The notes under the pieces are model-generated. The model was not told the origin of the DNA. It searched no databases and worked only from the letters and a program-made list of their open reading frames with translations. Shown here piece after piece: positions 1 through 10,970 of a stretch of DNA of 64,000 nt. Each line of letters opens with the position of its first letter. Position 1 is the stretch's first letter. Location: NCBI GenBank assembly GCA_963803435.1, contig CAWDML010000008.1:64001-128000 (forward strand), written 5' to 3'. The position numbers were made by a program, and so were the translations under genes. Source of the DNA: an uncultured delta proteobacterium. Lineage in GTDB: Bacteria; Myxococcota; Kuafuiibacteriia; Kuafuiibacteriales; Kuafuiibacteriaceae.

Positions 1-1
1 G

Positions 2-1657
2 GCCTCGCGGAAGGCGATCGACGCCGAGCTCGAGCGCACCAGCGCGGAGTACAAGGACTCGCCGAAGATCTGGGTGCTGCGCGCCAGGGTGGCCGCTCTC
101 GACGGGCGGACCAAGGACGTCCCGGTCGATCTCTACACGGCGCTCTCCATCAATCCGCAACACCGGTTGACGCTGCTGGAGCTCGCCCACTGGCACGCGT
201 CGCAGGGCGCCTACGGGACTGCGTTCAACTTCTACGACCAGATCCAGGACCGCTATCCGCTCGACGTGGAGGCCGCGATCGACCGCTACGTGCTGGCGCA
301 GATCACCGGGAAGGATCCGAACGAGGCCCAGGCCGTGACGAATCTGGCCGGGCTGGTGCGCGACGAGATCCAGGAGGTGGCGAAGGACGAGGCGGGCCGG
401 GCGGCGCTGGCGTTCGCCGTGCCCAAGCTGGCCAAGGGCGACGTTCTCGAGGGGATCGAGGAGCTCTCGAAGGCCGACTCCGCCTTCGAGACCAGCGCCG
501 TGTTCAAGACCGCGATCGCCGGCGTCTATCTGGCGATGGGCGAGTGGGCCCAGGCGCGGGACCAATACAAGGACGCGCTCGATTCGGATCCCGAGAACCC
601 GGAGCACCGCATCGGGCTGGCGCGGGCGACGCTCGGTGAGCGCTCGGGCCGTAAGGTGGTCCCGGAGGACGAGAAGAAGCGGCTGGCCAAGGAGACGCCG
701 GCCCACGGGGTCGCAGATCTCCCGTTCGCCACCGTGCGCTTCGTGCTCGGCAGCTTCGCGCTGGTGAAGGTCGAGCCGGACGCGTCGTTCTTCCCGGAGG
801 GCGAGTACCGGGCCCTCGCCAAGAAGTACGAGGGCGCCGAGCTCCAGAAGCGGCTCGAGGCCGCGTCCCTGCGAGCGCTGGCGCGGATGCGGAGCGCCGA
901 GGGCAAGCACGAGGAGGCGATCGCGTTCCTCCAGGAGGCGACCAAGCTGGCCGAGGACGCGCGCTCCGAGTACGGGCTCGGCCTGGCGTATCTGGCCAAG
1001 AAGGACTGGGACGAGTCGATCCGGCACCTCGGCAACGCGATCGACAAGAACCAGGACGACGTGGCGCCGCGGCTGGCGCTGGCGCGCGCGTACATCGGGA
1101 AGAGCGACGAAGCCAAGGCGATCCAGGCGCTCGACGCGATCGAGGACCAGGGCGACGTCCTGGTGCCCGACGCACAGCTGCTGATCGCGCGGCTCAAGAT
1201 CGATCGTGGAGACTACGAAGGCGCGCTTCTGCACGCGGAGCGGTTGACGGCGATCCTCCCGAAGAGCGCCGCCGCCCAGGTCGTCCACGGCGAGGCGCTG
1301 CTCCGTCAAAAGGGGCGCGACACCGAGGCCGACGAGGCCTTTGCGAAAGCGCTGGCGTTGGGCGGCAAGCTGGCGACCGGGGAGCCACCGCCAGGGCTGA
1401 CGAAGTTGACGCCGTTCGCGCTCGTGGGGCTGGGCCGCGTCGAGATGAAGCAGAACGTCAAGCGCGGGCTCGCCCTCCTCAAGCAGGCCGAGAAGGCGGA
1501 GGAGGTCCCGGACGAGGTGCACTTCTACCTGGGCCAGGCGCTGATCCAGAACAAGAAGACCAAGAAGGACGGCAAGAAAGAGCTCGAGCGTTATGTCAGG
1601 CTCGCGTCGGGAGGCGAGCTGCGGGACGAGGCCGAGCGCCTGCTCAAGCGGCGATGA
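2..1657 (+). CDS. TPR-repeat protein, 5' end beyond window edge
   Basis: Frame of ORF 74..1657 is open back to position 2 (ASRKAIDAELERTS...). Many TPR-like helical repeats (e.g. YGLGLAYLAKKDWDESIRHLGNAI). Stop overlaps next start (ATGA). Confidence 0.8.
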   Translation, partial: ASRKAIDAELERTSAEYKDSPKIWVLRARVAALDGRTKDVPVDLYTALSINPQHRLTLLELAHWHASQGAYGTAFNFYDQIQDRYPLDVEAAIDRYVLAQITGKDPNEAQAVTNLAGLVRDEIQEVAKDEAGRAALAFAVPKLAKGDVLEGIEELSKADSAFETSAVFKTAIAGVYLAMGEWAQARDQYKDALDSDPENPEHRIGLARATLGERSGRKVVPEDEKKRLAKETPAHGVADLPFATVRFVLGSFALVKVEPDASFFPEGEYRALAKKYEGAELQKRLEAASLRALARMRSAEGKHEEAIAFLQEATKLAEDARSEYGLGLAYLAKKDWDESIRHLGNAIDKNQDDVAPRLALARAYIGKSDEAKAIQALDAIEDQGDVLVPDAQLLIARLKIDRGDYEGALLHAERLTAILPKSAAAQVVHGEALLRQKGRDTEADEAFAKALALGGKLATGEPPPGLTKLTPFALVGLGRVEMKQNVKRGLALLKQAEKAEEVPDEVHFYLGQALIQNKKTKKDGKKELERYVRLASGGELRDEAERLLKRR

Positions 1658-3774
1658 GCGTCTCGGTCAAAGACCTGCGTCCGACCGAGACCCCGCCGGG
1701 GTTCGGCGACCTCACGGACGACCCGATCGATTCGCTCCAGCGCCTCTCCATCTTCCGGGACCTGACCAGCAACGAGCTCGAACGCATCGCCGCCAGCTCG
1801 ACGGTGCTCCGGATCGATCAGGATACCGTCATCCCGCGGGGCGGGGAGGGCGCGGACCCGCCCGCCTACTGCTTCGTCCTGCGCGGTCAGGTGGCCTTCG
1901 CCGAGTTCGAGCAGGGCAAGGTCCCCGATGCGCCCAAGAACAAGAAGAAGCGCCAGCAGCCGACGATGCAGATCGCCCGGCGCATCGTGGCGATGTTCGA
2001 CATCGACGATTTCTTTACCAATGAGCACGTGCCGTACGCCCGCAGCGACGACGGCAACAAGTACGACATGGCGCTCTTCACCTGCATCAACGTGGTGCTG
2101 CTGCAGATCCCGAAGCAGAAGCTCGACGAGATCCTCAAGAACCTCCCCGAGATCAAGGAGGCCGTCGAGATCAAGGGCGAGGAGGCCTACTACCGCCAGA
2201 CCTTGCTCAAGCTCGACGACCGAGCCGAGATCTTCGACTTCTACATCCGCGAGGGCTTCGAATACGCGCAGGCGATCAAGATCATCCAGACCGACAAGTG
2301 CATCGATTGTGACGAGTGCGTGAAGGGCTGCCACGATCGACACGGCATCTCGCGGATCGAGCGCTTCGGACCCCGGATCGGCCTGATCCAGTTCACGCTC
2401 AACTGCCGGACCTGCGAGGACGCCCGCTGCATCACGGTCTGCAACTTCGACGCGATCGGCTACGACGACGACAGCGAGGTCATCGTCTACGACAACTGCG
2501 TCGGCTGTACGCTCTGCGCCAAGGCGTGCCCGCACGAGGCGATCCGGATGGTCGACATCAAGGACGAGGCGCCGCCCAAGAAGGAGGAGGACGAGGATCG
2601 GCCGAAGACGCGCATCGCCAAGGGCGAGGAGGGAGCCAAGGAGAAGAAGGCCAAGAAGGCGAAGCGCATCGCGAACAAGTGCGACCACTGCTTCGGCTAT
2701 GCGGACATGGCGTGCATCACCGCGTGCCCCACCGGCGCGATCATCCAGATCGATCCGCGCACGCTGTTCCGCCGGGACGGCGGGTACATCGATCGGGCCC
2801 ACAAGTACTTCGAGCCCGCGCCCTTCGAGCTCGGCTTCTCCCAGACGACCCGCACGCAGGGCGTCTGGGGCATGTTCGCGCTGTTCGGCGTGGCCACCCT
2901 CGCGGTGTTCATCTGCGCGTGGGAGTACTTCGCCCGGAAGATGCACCCGGAGCTGTCGGTCTGGGCGCTGTTCGTCGGCACGCTCTACGGACCGGTGGCG
3001 CGCCAGGGCGTGTCGCTGATCTTCAGCCCGGTCAAGGGCTTCGGGCGCTGGCTGGGGTACTTCGGCGGCGGCATGATGGTGATCTCGGCGCTCTACACCC
3101 TGCGCCTCCATCTGCCGGGTCTACGCAAGATCGGGAACTCGAAGACCTGGTTCGACTTCCACGTGGTCTTCGGACTGTCCGGTCCGATCCTGGCGCTGTT
3201 CCATACCGACCTCAACATCTTCAATCCGATCGAGCGGCCGCTGGTGAACTCGCTGTGGTGGTGCATCACCGCGATCGTCCTGACGGGGCTGATCGGACGT
3301 TACCTCTACACGCTGATCCCCAAGCTCGAGACCACCACCGAGCGCGAGCGCAAGAAGCTCGACGCCGGTATCCAGGCGGTCGCCGATCAGTGGGCCTCGA
3401 TGACCATGAGCGCCAACGTCCTGGCGCAGTTCCTCAAGGCGCAGGAGAAGACGATCGAGATCCGCAACACCGACACGGACAGCAAGAGCACGTTTCAGTT
3501 CGTGTCCTTCCTGGTGTCGTCGGAGGTCTCACGCATCTCGGCAGAGCTGGCTCTGCGCTTCAAGACGATGGGCAAGATGCGCAACAAACGGTTGCGCCGC
3601 ACCACCATCAAGCTGATGAGCCGCCGCTCGGTCATCGATCGGCGCATCCAGTTCTATGGCCTCGCCAAGCGGCTGCTGGCGCAATGGCGTGGGATCCATA
3701 TCGGCATCTCGATCATCATGTTCGTGCTGCTCGCGGCGCACGTCGCCATCTCGGTGTACGCCGTGGGGTGGTGA
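1654..3774 (+). CDS. Cyclic-nucleotide-binding-like domain + 4x[4Fe-4S] ferredoxin + His-containing membrane domain fusion
   Basis: N-terminal CNBD-like LQRLSIFRDLTSNELERIA...YCFVLRGQV. Cys clusters CIDCDECVKGC, CRTCEDARCITVC, CVGCTLCAKAC, KCDHC...CITAC (DmsB/NrfC-like). TM helices with WFDFH, LFH, WRGIH, AAH. Confidence 0.85.
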   Translation: MSVSVKDLRPTETPPGFGDLTDDPIDSLQRLSIFRDLTSNELERIAASSTVLRIDQDTVIPRGGEGADPPAYCFVLRGQVAFAEFEQGKVPDAPKNKKKRQQPTMQIARRIVAMFDIDDFFTNEHVPYARSDDGNKYDMALFTCINVVLLQIPKQKLDEILKNLPEIKEAVEIKGEEAYYRQTLLKLDDRAEIFDFYIREGFEYAQAIKIIQTDKCIDCDECVKGCHDRHGISRIERFGPRIGLIQFTLNCRTCEDARCITVCNFDAIGYDDDSEVIVYDNCVGCTLCAKACPHEAIRMVDIKDEAPPKKEEDEDRPKTRIAKGEEGAKEKKAKKAKRIANKCDHCFGYADMACITACPTGAIIQIDPRTLFRRDGGYIDRAHKYFEPAPFELGFSQTTRTQGVWGMFALFGVATLAVFICAWEYFARKMHPELSVWALFVGTLYGPVARQGVSLIFSPVKGFGRWLGYFGGGMMVISALYTLRLHLPGLRKIGNSKTWFDFHVVFGLSGPILALFHTDLNIFNPIERPLVNSLWWCITAIVLTGLIGRYLYTLIPKLETTTERERKKLDAGIQAVADQWASMTMSANVLAQFLKAQEKTIEIRNTDTDSKSTFQFVSFLVSSEVSRISAELALRFKTMGKMRNKRLRRTTIKLMSRRSVIDRRIQFYGLAKRLLAQWRGIHIGISIIMFVLLAAHVAISVYAVGW

Positions 3775-5961
3775 GCGTGCGCCTGCTGCTGCTCTCGTCC
3801 TGCATCTTGGCCGGCTGTCTCCCCTCCGAACGCTATCCGCTCGACCTAAAGCCCGAGACCGAGTCGCTGGTCTATCTGGTGGTGCCGAGGTGCGAGGGCC
3901 GGAACGTCATCGACGCGCGGGGTGGCTGCAAGTCCACGAGCCAGCAGCCGCGCGTGTTCACCAGCCCGAGCAACCAGACGCTCGCGTTCAACCTCGGTCC
4001 GGATGACCGCGTCTTCGTGGGCGAGTATCCGTACCCGGAGGCGGCGGTCGACATCCCCGACGATCGGATGCTCGAGGCGGAGGCGCACGCCTGCCCGGAG
4101 CGTCCGTTTCCGCCGCCGATCGGGGCCTGGTCGATCGATCTGGCCTCGGGCCAGCGCGCGTTCACCGAGCCCTTCCCGAGCGCCTGGACGCTGCCGGAGT
4201 TCGACTATGCCGCCTGCTTCGGCGCCGGAGGCTGTCTCGGCTTCGGCGGGGACGGGGTCGCCATCTGCAAGCTGGATTGCACGGTGGAGTCGGACCCCGC
4301 GCTCCCGGCCCCACCCGACGCTCCCGCCGCGCCTTCGGAGGGCATCGCCGTGGAGGTCTGCCCCAACGGATGGTTCGACCGGTCGCTCGCGGGTTGTGGA
4401 TTCCCGGCGTCGTGCGACTTTGAGGGCTGGCCGATGTCCCCGCCGGCGGGCGCGCTCTACGTGGACTCGGCCGCACCGGGTCCGGCGTTTCTGGGCACAC
4501 GGGCCGCTCCGTTCGGATCGATCGAGGACGCCGCGCCGATGCGACCGTCCGCCCTGGTGCTGCGTGCCGGCGACCTCCCCTACGTGCCTGTCGCTCCGCT
4601 GGACTGGAGCGTGGAGCTGGTCGGATGCCGGACCCCCGACCAGCAGCGGTATACGACCTTCGGCGCGCTCGGGGCGCCCGCGCTGTCCGTAGCCGCCGCC
4701 GGGGTCACAATCTCGGCGACCTCGATCCTGTTCAACAACCGGATCGAGGTGGCGGCGGGGAGCGTCGTGCTTCGCGCCTCCGCGATCCACATCGGACCGG
4801 GCATGGCTCGACCGGGCCTGTCGCTCGCGCAGGGCGCCACCGCCATGCTCACCGAGGTCGGCGTGATCGACGACTCCGGGGACGCCGGGATCGACCTCGG
4901 CCCGGGCACGCGGCTCGACGGAGAGACCGTATCGGTGGGCGGGGACGGCGCCGGGCTCCTGGGCCACGGCGCCTCCGTGACAATCTCGAACCTGACGGTG
5001 CGCGACGGTGGTGTCGAGGTGGACCAGCAGAGCACGCTCTCCCTCACCGGCGCGCTGATCCACACTCCGGCTGGCCACGACGGCGTCGCGATCGACGCTT
5101 CGCCGTCGGTTCTCACCGATGTGGAGATCGACGGGAGCGCGGGCGCCGCCATCCGCGGTGTCGGCCTGCGGATCGGACGGAGTGAGGTGCAGGCGACCGA
5201 TCTCTGGATCGCGGACGGCTGGCTCGACGGCGTCGAGGTCGACGGCGGATTGGTCCTCCACTGGAACGGCGGCGGCGCCGTGAACCTGTCGACGGCGCTG
5301 TGCGCGACGGACAGCGAGATCCACGTCGACGGCATCCTCGTCGACTCGGTTACGGACACGGGACTTCGGTTGGTCGGGAGTCGGGCCGAGCTCGTGTCCC
5401 TCTCGATCGCGAGCGCGGGAGAGGGCGTGAACGTCGAGTCTTCCAGCGTCACCAGCGCCCGCACGGAGATCCGGACCGTCGGCGGGCCCGCGCTCCGGTT
5501 CGTCGAGTCCTCCGCAACCTGCGCCGACCTCGTCCTCGAGGGGATCGGATCGGCCGACGCCGGGGTGCTCTTGGAGCGCGGAGGTGCGCGGAAGATTCCG
5601 CCTGGAGCGCGCCCGGATCGCTGGCTTCGGCCGCGCGGTGGCGGTCGCCGGCGGCTCGGTCGAGCTCGTCGACGTGCAGATCGATTCGACGGACGGCGTC
5701 GCTCTCTCCTTCGAAGGTGGAGACGAGAAGGCGCTCTCGCTCCTGCGGGCGGACATCTCCGGAGGCGACGCTGTGCTGGTGAGCAAGGACGTCGTGCGGG
5801 CGCTCGACCAGGGCGTCCTCTCGTTCACCGCGTTGGATGCGCGCTTCAGCGGCGTCTCGGCGGTCCGCGTCCTCGAGACCTGCCGCTGGGAGCTCCCGCA
5901 CCGCCTGTTCTCCGACGTCGCGGTCGGCGAGCTGACCGGGGATCCGGTGGTCTGGCCCTAG
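3771..5961 (+). CDS. Lipoprotein with Cys-rich linker and right-handed beta-helix (DUF1565/pectate-lyase-like); frameshift at ~5595
   Basis: GTG at 3771 overlaps upstream stop. Lipobox ILAGC; LYVDSAAP...GTRAAPFGSIEDA motif; beta-helix repeats. Continues in ORF 5584..5961 if GATTC at 5594 is read as GATC. Confidence 0.75.
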
Positions 5962-8900
5962 GGTAGAGCGACGGCGCGTGCGGCGCTCCGGTCGTCGCCG
6001 AGGCTCTCGAAGAGATCGCGCGACAGCCGGAGGTGATCCGCGGCCAGGTCCGGACGATCGCTCTTCGTGAGGAAGAAGCCGATCCACTCGTCGGCGTGGG
6101 CTAGACCTCTGCGATCGCCGATGCGAGCGAAGAGCCGGCGGGCCTCCATCATGTCTTCATACGCAGGATCGCCGTCGCCGTGGAACCAGCGGGCGGCGCC
6201 GAGGTCGAGCAGCGCCGCGGCTCTCGAGGCGACGTCGCCGCGGGCGCCGAAGTCGTCCGCGATGGCGGCCAGCATGCGCGCAGCCCGCTTGGTGTGTCCG
6301 GACCAGGGCGAGAGCATCGTGGGGTCGAGGAGCAGGGGTCGGGTGGTCTCGACGGTGAAGGCGCCGAGCACCCGCTCGTACGCGACGCTCTTCTGGTAGC
6401 GGGCCGTCGGAGGCGGAGGCTCAGGGGCGAAGATGCGGGCGACAGGGGCCTCCGCGGCGGTCGGGCGCTCGGAATCTTCGAGCACGTAGATCCGATCCTG
6501 TTGCTCGAGCTGACCTAGGCAGGTGCTCGCCTCTTGCTCGAGGGCGGCGGCCCGGCGGTACGCCTCCTCGATCCGCGTGTACTCCTGATCTCCGAGCGAT
6601 GCGGGCACCGAGGCGAGCGCGATCCGGAGGAGCCCTTCCACCTCCGAGATCTTCTCGGTGAGGCAGCGGAGCCGGACCACGTCACGCGCGGTGCGTGCCT
6701 GTTCGACCTGCGCCCCTAGGCGCGCGCGAACCGCGCGGTGGGCGGCGATCAGCGAGCGCACGTTGGCGGCGCGGTCGTCGCCGAGGAGGGGCGGCGACAC
6801 GGCGGGCAGCTCGGTGGGCGCCGCCGGGGGCGGAGGGGCCTCAGGTCGATACGCCGCCCACCTGGGGCGAAAGTCGGTGATCGCGAGGACCGCGGCGGCG
6901 TCGAGGGCGAGCAGGAGGTCCTCGCGCGACACCGTCCGGGGTGGGAGCGTATCGATCGTCTCGGCGGGTTGCTCGACGGGATCGAACACGGGCGCGCCCA
7001 GGGACCAGAACTGCGAGGCGAGACAGCGCCGCGCGTCGGCGTCGATGCCGGGGAGCCGGGCCTCCGCAGCCAGCAGATCGGCCTGCAGCTTGGCGGCGGA
7101 GCTCGCGCGTCCCAGCCGCTCCGCATAGAACCAGGCCTCGGCCAGGGGTGCGAGCGCGTCCTCGGGCCGACCCGCGAGCGTCGCCAGGTTCGCCTGGGCG
7201 GCTCGCAGCTCCGCGAGCGAGGACTCCTGCATCGTCGACTCGACGATGCGCCCCACCTCGACGAGCTGCTGTCGGGCGGTCTCGAGGTCGCCTCGCTCGG
7301 CGCCCCCGATCCCCAGGTTGAGGCCCGAGGCGATGCGCCCGTCGGCGGCCCGGAGATCCGTGAGCGTCTTCCACGACGCGTCGAAACGATCGAGCGCGGC
7401 GCCCAGACGGCCCGCGCGCAGGTCGAGCACGCCGAGGTTGTTCTCGAGGATGGCGCTGACGTAGGCGTTGTCGAGCTCGCCGGCCAGCCGGAGCGCGCGG
7501 GCGAAGCTGTCGCGCGCTTCGTCCAGGCGATCGCGCTCGACCTGGAGGTCGCCCAGCTCGTTGTCGATCTCGAGCAGATACGGCTTCTTGCCGTCGAGCA
7601 CCCGCAGGCTTCGTGCGGCCAGCAGCTCCTGTTCGGCCTCTTGAAACCGCCCCATCTTTCTCAGCCCCACGCCGTGGCCGTAGCGTGAAAGGCTGGCGCG
7701 GTTCAGATCGCCGTCTGCTTCGGCATCCTTGGTCACCTGGTCGTAGAGCGCGAACGCCTGCAGGTACCGATCGGCGCGAACGCCCAGGTCGGCGAGGGCC
7801 AAGGCGGGGTCGCGGGCGCGGCGCTCATCGCCGTCGCGAAGCGCCAGCCCCAGGGCGCGAAGGTATGCCTCTGCTGCGCAGCTCGGGTGCTCGGGTACGC
7901 TCGCCAGCACGTCGTGGGGCGCGAGCGCGAGATTGAGATCGGAGACCAGCCGCTCGGTCTTCACCCAGCCGCGCTGGGAACCCAGCTGGATCGCGGCCCA
8001 GCTCCCGTCGGAGGAGAGATCGAGGATCGAGGCGAACGTCGGGAGGTCGACGGTCGAGAGCCGGCTCATCAGATCCCCAGGCGACGTGAAGACGTCGGTC
8101 GCGGCCGTCACCTGGACCAGCTGTCCGCTCCATCGGATCGGCTGCAGCGCGACCGCGCCGATCCCGACGCGCAGCGCCTCGCCGACCTCGAGCGTTCCCT
8201 CGCTCCACCACGCGCGTTCGTCCTTCGGGGTCGACGTCCGACGCGCTGCGAGCGCCTCGATCGCCCGGCTGGCCTCCTGGATCGCGGCGCCGCCCGCCGG
8301 TGTGCAGGACCGCGGGCTGCCGTTCGCCGAGTCGACCCGCTGACTCACGGTGACCGCGATCCGACCCAGGCGACCCATGCGCTCGAGGATCCGTCCCGCG
8401 CGCAGATACGCGGCGGTGTCGTTCGGGTCGGCGTCGATCGCGCGCTGGATCGCCGCCAACGCCTCCTCCAGCTTGCCCTCCCGGAACAGGCGACCGGAGT
8501 CGCTGCGCGCGTCGAGGGCGGCTTCGGCGTGCGGATCGCGGGTGGCTATCGGCACGTCGCCGAGCTCGGCGGCGACCTCGAGCGCGAGGGCGCCCAGCTC
8601 GTCCTTCTTGCCTACCGCCGAGTGCACGGCGAGCGGGCGTCCCTCGCCGTCGCGCTCGACCAGGGTCAAGCGAACACGATCCCCGCTGACGCGTCGTGCC
8701 GCCGAGAGGATCCGATCCGGGATCAGAAGCTCCGACGCCCGCGCGATCGCATCGTCGTCGTCTCCCGCGAGGGCGCGCGCCAGCTCGGGCTCGACGGCGG
8801 CGAGCTTCGTCGAGCGCGCCAGCTCGTGCCACAGCCCCTCGTAGATCCGATCCGAGATCGCGTCGTCGCCGAAGGGGAGGAGCACGACCTGCTTCCGCGC

Positions 8901-9439
8901 GCTCCGGTCGCTGCGAGCCCGGCGGTGCGACGCGCGCGCCCCGGCGATCGCTCGCTTCGGTACTCGAGCCCGTGCGTAGTAGCGGTAGGTCGACTCGCCC
9001 TCGACCAGCGGGCTCTCCGAACGCTCCCAGTAGGTGCCGGTCGACTCAATCCCTTCGAGGATCGCGTCGGCGTGGGTGGCGACCGCATCCGAGATCTCGA
9101 CGTGCGCGTCGCCGCCGCCTTCGCTCTGCTTCTCGGCCGAGGCGGAGCGGACGTCCACCGAGACGTAGCTCGCGATCGCGCTCATGAATCGCGCTCCGCC
9201 GCCCGGGCGGCCACCTCGAAGGAGGGCCCGGCTCCGAAGCCCACGAAGTCGACCGACTCTCCTCCGCCCTGCTCAATCCGCTCGGTCCAGCCGGGCGCGA
9301 TCGGCGCGCTGCGCTCGACCACGACCGGCTCGATCGATGCGCCGGTGACCGGCGCCGGCGACCCCAGCTGGAGCGGCCCGGACGCGCGCACGCACCCGCA
9401 CGCCAGCACGAGGGCGAGGGCGGTCCGCCTAGCGCGCAT
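5958..9439 (-). CDS. Large mosaic lipoprotein: LPP20-like + TolB-N-like + TPR + SH3-like + TPR repeats; frameshift at ~9187
   Basis: ORF 9182..9439 (signal, LACGC, APGW...FVGFG...AARAAERD) joins ORF 5958..9185 (IASYV...YWE...YYARARVP). SH3-like DGSWAAIQLGSQRGWV; MalT-type TPRs (LENNLGVL). Confidence 0.7.
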
Positions 9440-10203
9440 GCGTCAGCTCCGCCCGCAGCGCCTCGGCCATTCTCGTCTCGAGCTCGAGCGGATCGGCGGC
9501 CCTGAGGATCGTCAGCCCTCCGAGCGAGGCGCGCAGGCCGTCCGGTAGTTGCTCGATGACGGCCTCGATCCTCCGCGCGCTCCCGGCGACTCCCGGATCG
9601 TCGGAGGCGACGACGAGCAGATCGGGGAGCACGCTCAGCCGGCGCGCCATCTCGCGCTCGAGCGCTGGTCCCTCCGGACCGATGAAGTGGAGGACGACGA
9701 GAGACCGGCCGTCGCGCGCGCGATCGATGGCCTTGATTCGTTTCAAACGAACCACGGTGGCCTCGTCAATCGGCGCCCCCAGGAAGCAGCGGAAGCTCCC
9801 GTCCGACATGTGCTCCCAGTACTCGCGATCGGGCGTGACCTCGAGGCGATCGGCGGTCGTGCGCGTCTCCTCGTGGGCGGTGAAGGTGGCTTCTCCATCC
9901 CTCTCCCGCTGCTCCGCGTCGAACTCGGTCTCGATCCGAACGCCGAGCCGGCGGGCCAGCGCCTCGCCGAGCGCGGCCCGGGCGTGGCCGCGGGCCGCCG
10001 TCAGAATCGGGGGCAGCGCCGGCGCCCACCAGACGTCCCACTTCCTCTGCGCGGATCCACGCCGGCCGCTCGCCGCTCCGCTCCACGACCGAAACGGGCA
10101 AGAGCGTCCGCCGCGCCGGCGGATGGTGCTCGAGCACGGGCTCGCTGAGGCGGGCCAGACAGCCCGAGCCGAGGGCGGCGACGAGGAGGATGCGGCGCAG
10201 CAT
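9429..10203 (-). CDS. LPP20-like lipoprotein; frameshift at ~10006
   Basis: MLRRILLVAALGSGC lipobox; RPAWI...LVGAG. Deleting one base at 10004-10008 gives PDLTAARGHARAALGEALARRLGVRIE...EYWE, joining ORF 9429..9809. Confidence 0.7.
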
Positions 10204-10262
10204 CACGAGCGCCAACAATCCAGCCCCGGTTTCGGTTCGAACGGAAGCGGAATTCCTCTGAC

Positions 10263-10282
10263 CGGGCTCACGAGGGAGCCCG
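10263..10282 (-). terminator. GC-rich hairpin after the 10287 stop
   Basis: CGGGCTC-ACGAGG-GAGCCCG inverted repeat; no clear U-tract. Confidence 0.3.
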
Positions 10283-10286
10283 ACCG

Positions 10287-10940
10287 TCATCGCTTCAGCT
10301 GATAGCGCTTCTCGATCGCCGCCCGCTCCGCCTCGAGCTGCTTGGCGGTGGCCTGCGAGGCCTGGGCCTGGGCGCTCAGCTGTCCGAGCTTCGACATGTC
10401 GCCGCTGTTGAACGCGTCCCGGAGGCTCCCGACCATCGTCCTGGCGTCGGAGACCGCCGAGATCGACAGCTGATGGTAGGCGCGGCAGGGCTCCGGAGGC
10501 GTGATCGCCGCCAGCTCGCTGCTCATGCGGTCGAGATCGCTGAAGAGGGCGTCGAAGCCCTCCGCCTTGCCGGCGCTGGCGTCGGCGATCAACTGCTGGG
10601 CGAACGCGTCGGCGCTGAGGCCGTTCGGTCCGGCCTGGATGCGATCGACCTTGGCGAAGTACGCCACCACCTGGGCGACGCTGGTTCCGTCGGCCGGGCT
10701 CGGCGCGACGGCCGGCGCGGGATCGCTCGAGACCTCCGGCGCGACCAGCGGTGGCTCCGGGCTCCGCGGTGGGGGCGGAAGCCGTTCGGCGACCTCGGGC
10801 GCGCCGGGTGCCTCGACAATCACGCGCTCGCTCGTGACGGGGGGCTTGCTCTCGCGGCCGAGCAGGAAGGCAATCGTCATCAGCGCGATCACCAGCGCGG
10901 CCCCGAGGACCACGGTCAGGCGATTCGAGGCCTGGTTCAT
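10287..10940 (-). CDS. Membrane-anchored hypothetical protein (N-terminal TM, Pro-rich linker, helical domain)
   Basis: MNQASNRLTVVLGAALVIALMTIAFLLGRES. C-terminal part of ORF 10287..11522; good codon usage. Confidence 0.7.
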   Translation of the reverse strand: MNQASNRLTVVLGAALVIALMTIAFLLGRESKPPVTSERVIVEAPGAPEVAERLPPPPRSPEPPLVAPEVSSDPAPAVAPSPADGTSVAQVVAYFAKVDRIQAGPNGLSADAFAQQLIADASAGKAEGFDALFSDLDRMSSELAAITPPEPCRAYHQLSISAVSDARTMVGSLRDAFNSGDMSKLGQLSAQAQASQATAKQLEAERAAIEKRYQLKR

Positions 10941-10970
10941 GCTCCGGAATCGTAGCAGACTCTCCGACCC

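Noticed and set aside
2316-3770. N-terminal 485 aa of the 1216-aa ORF, and the many long Arg/Pro/Gly-rich overlapping ORFs elsewhere
   Set aside because: Shadow frames of real genes, typical of ~70% GC DNA; no recognisable motifs.
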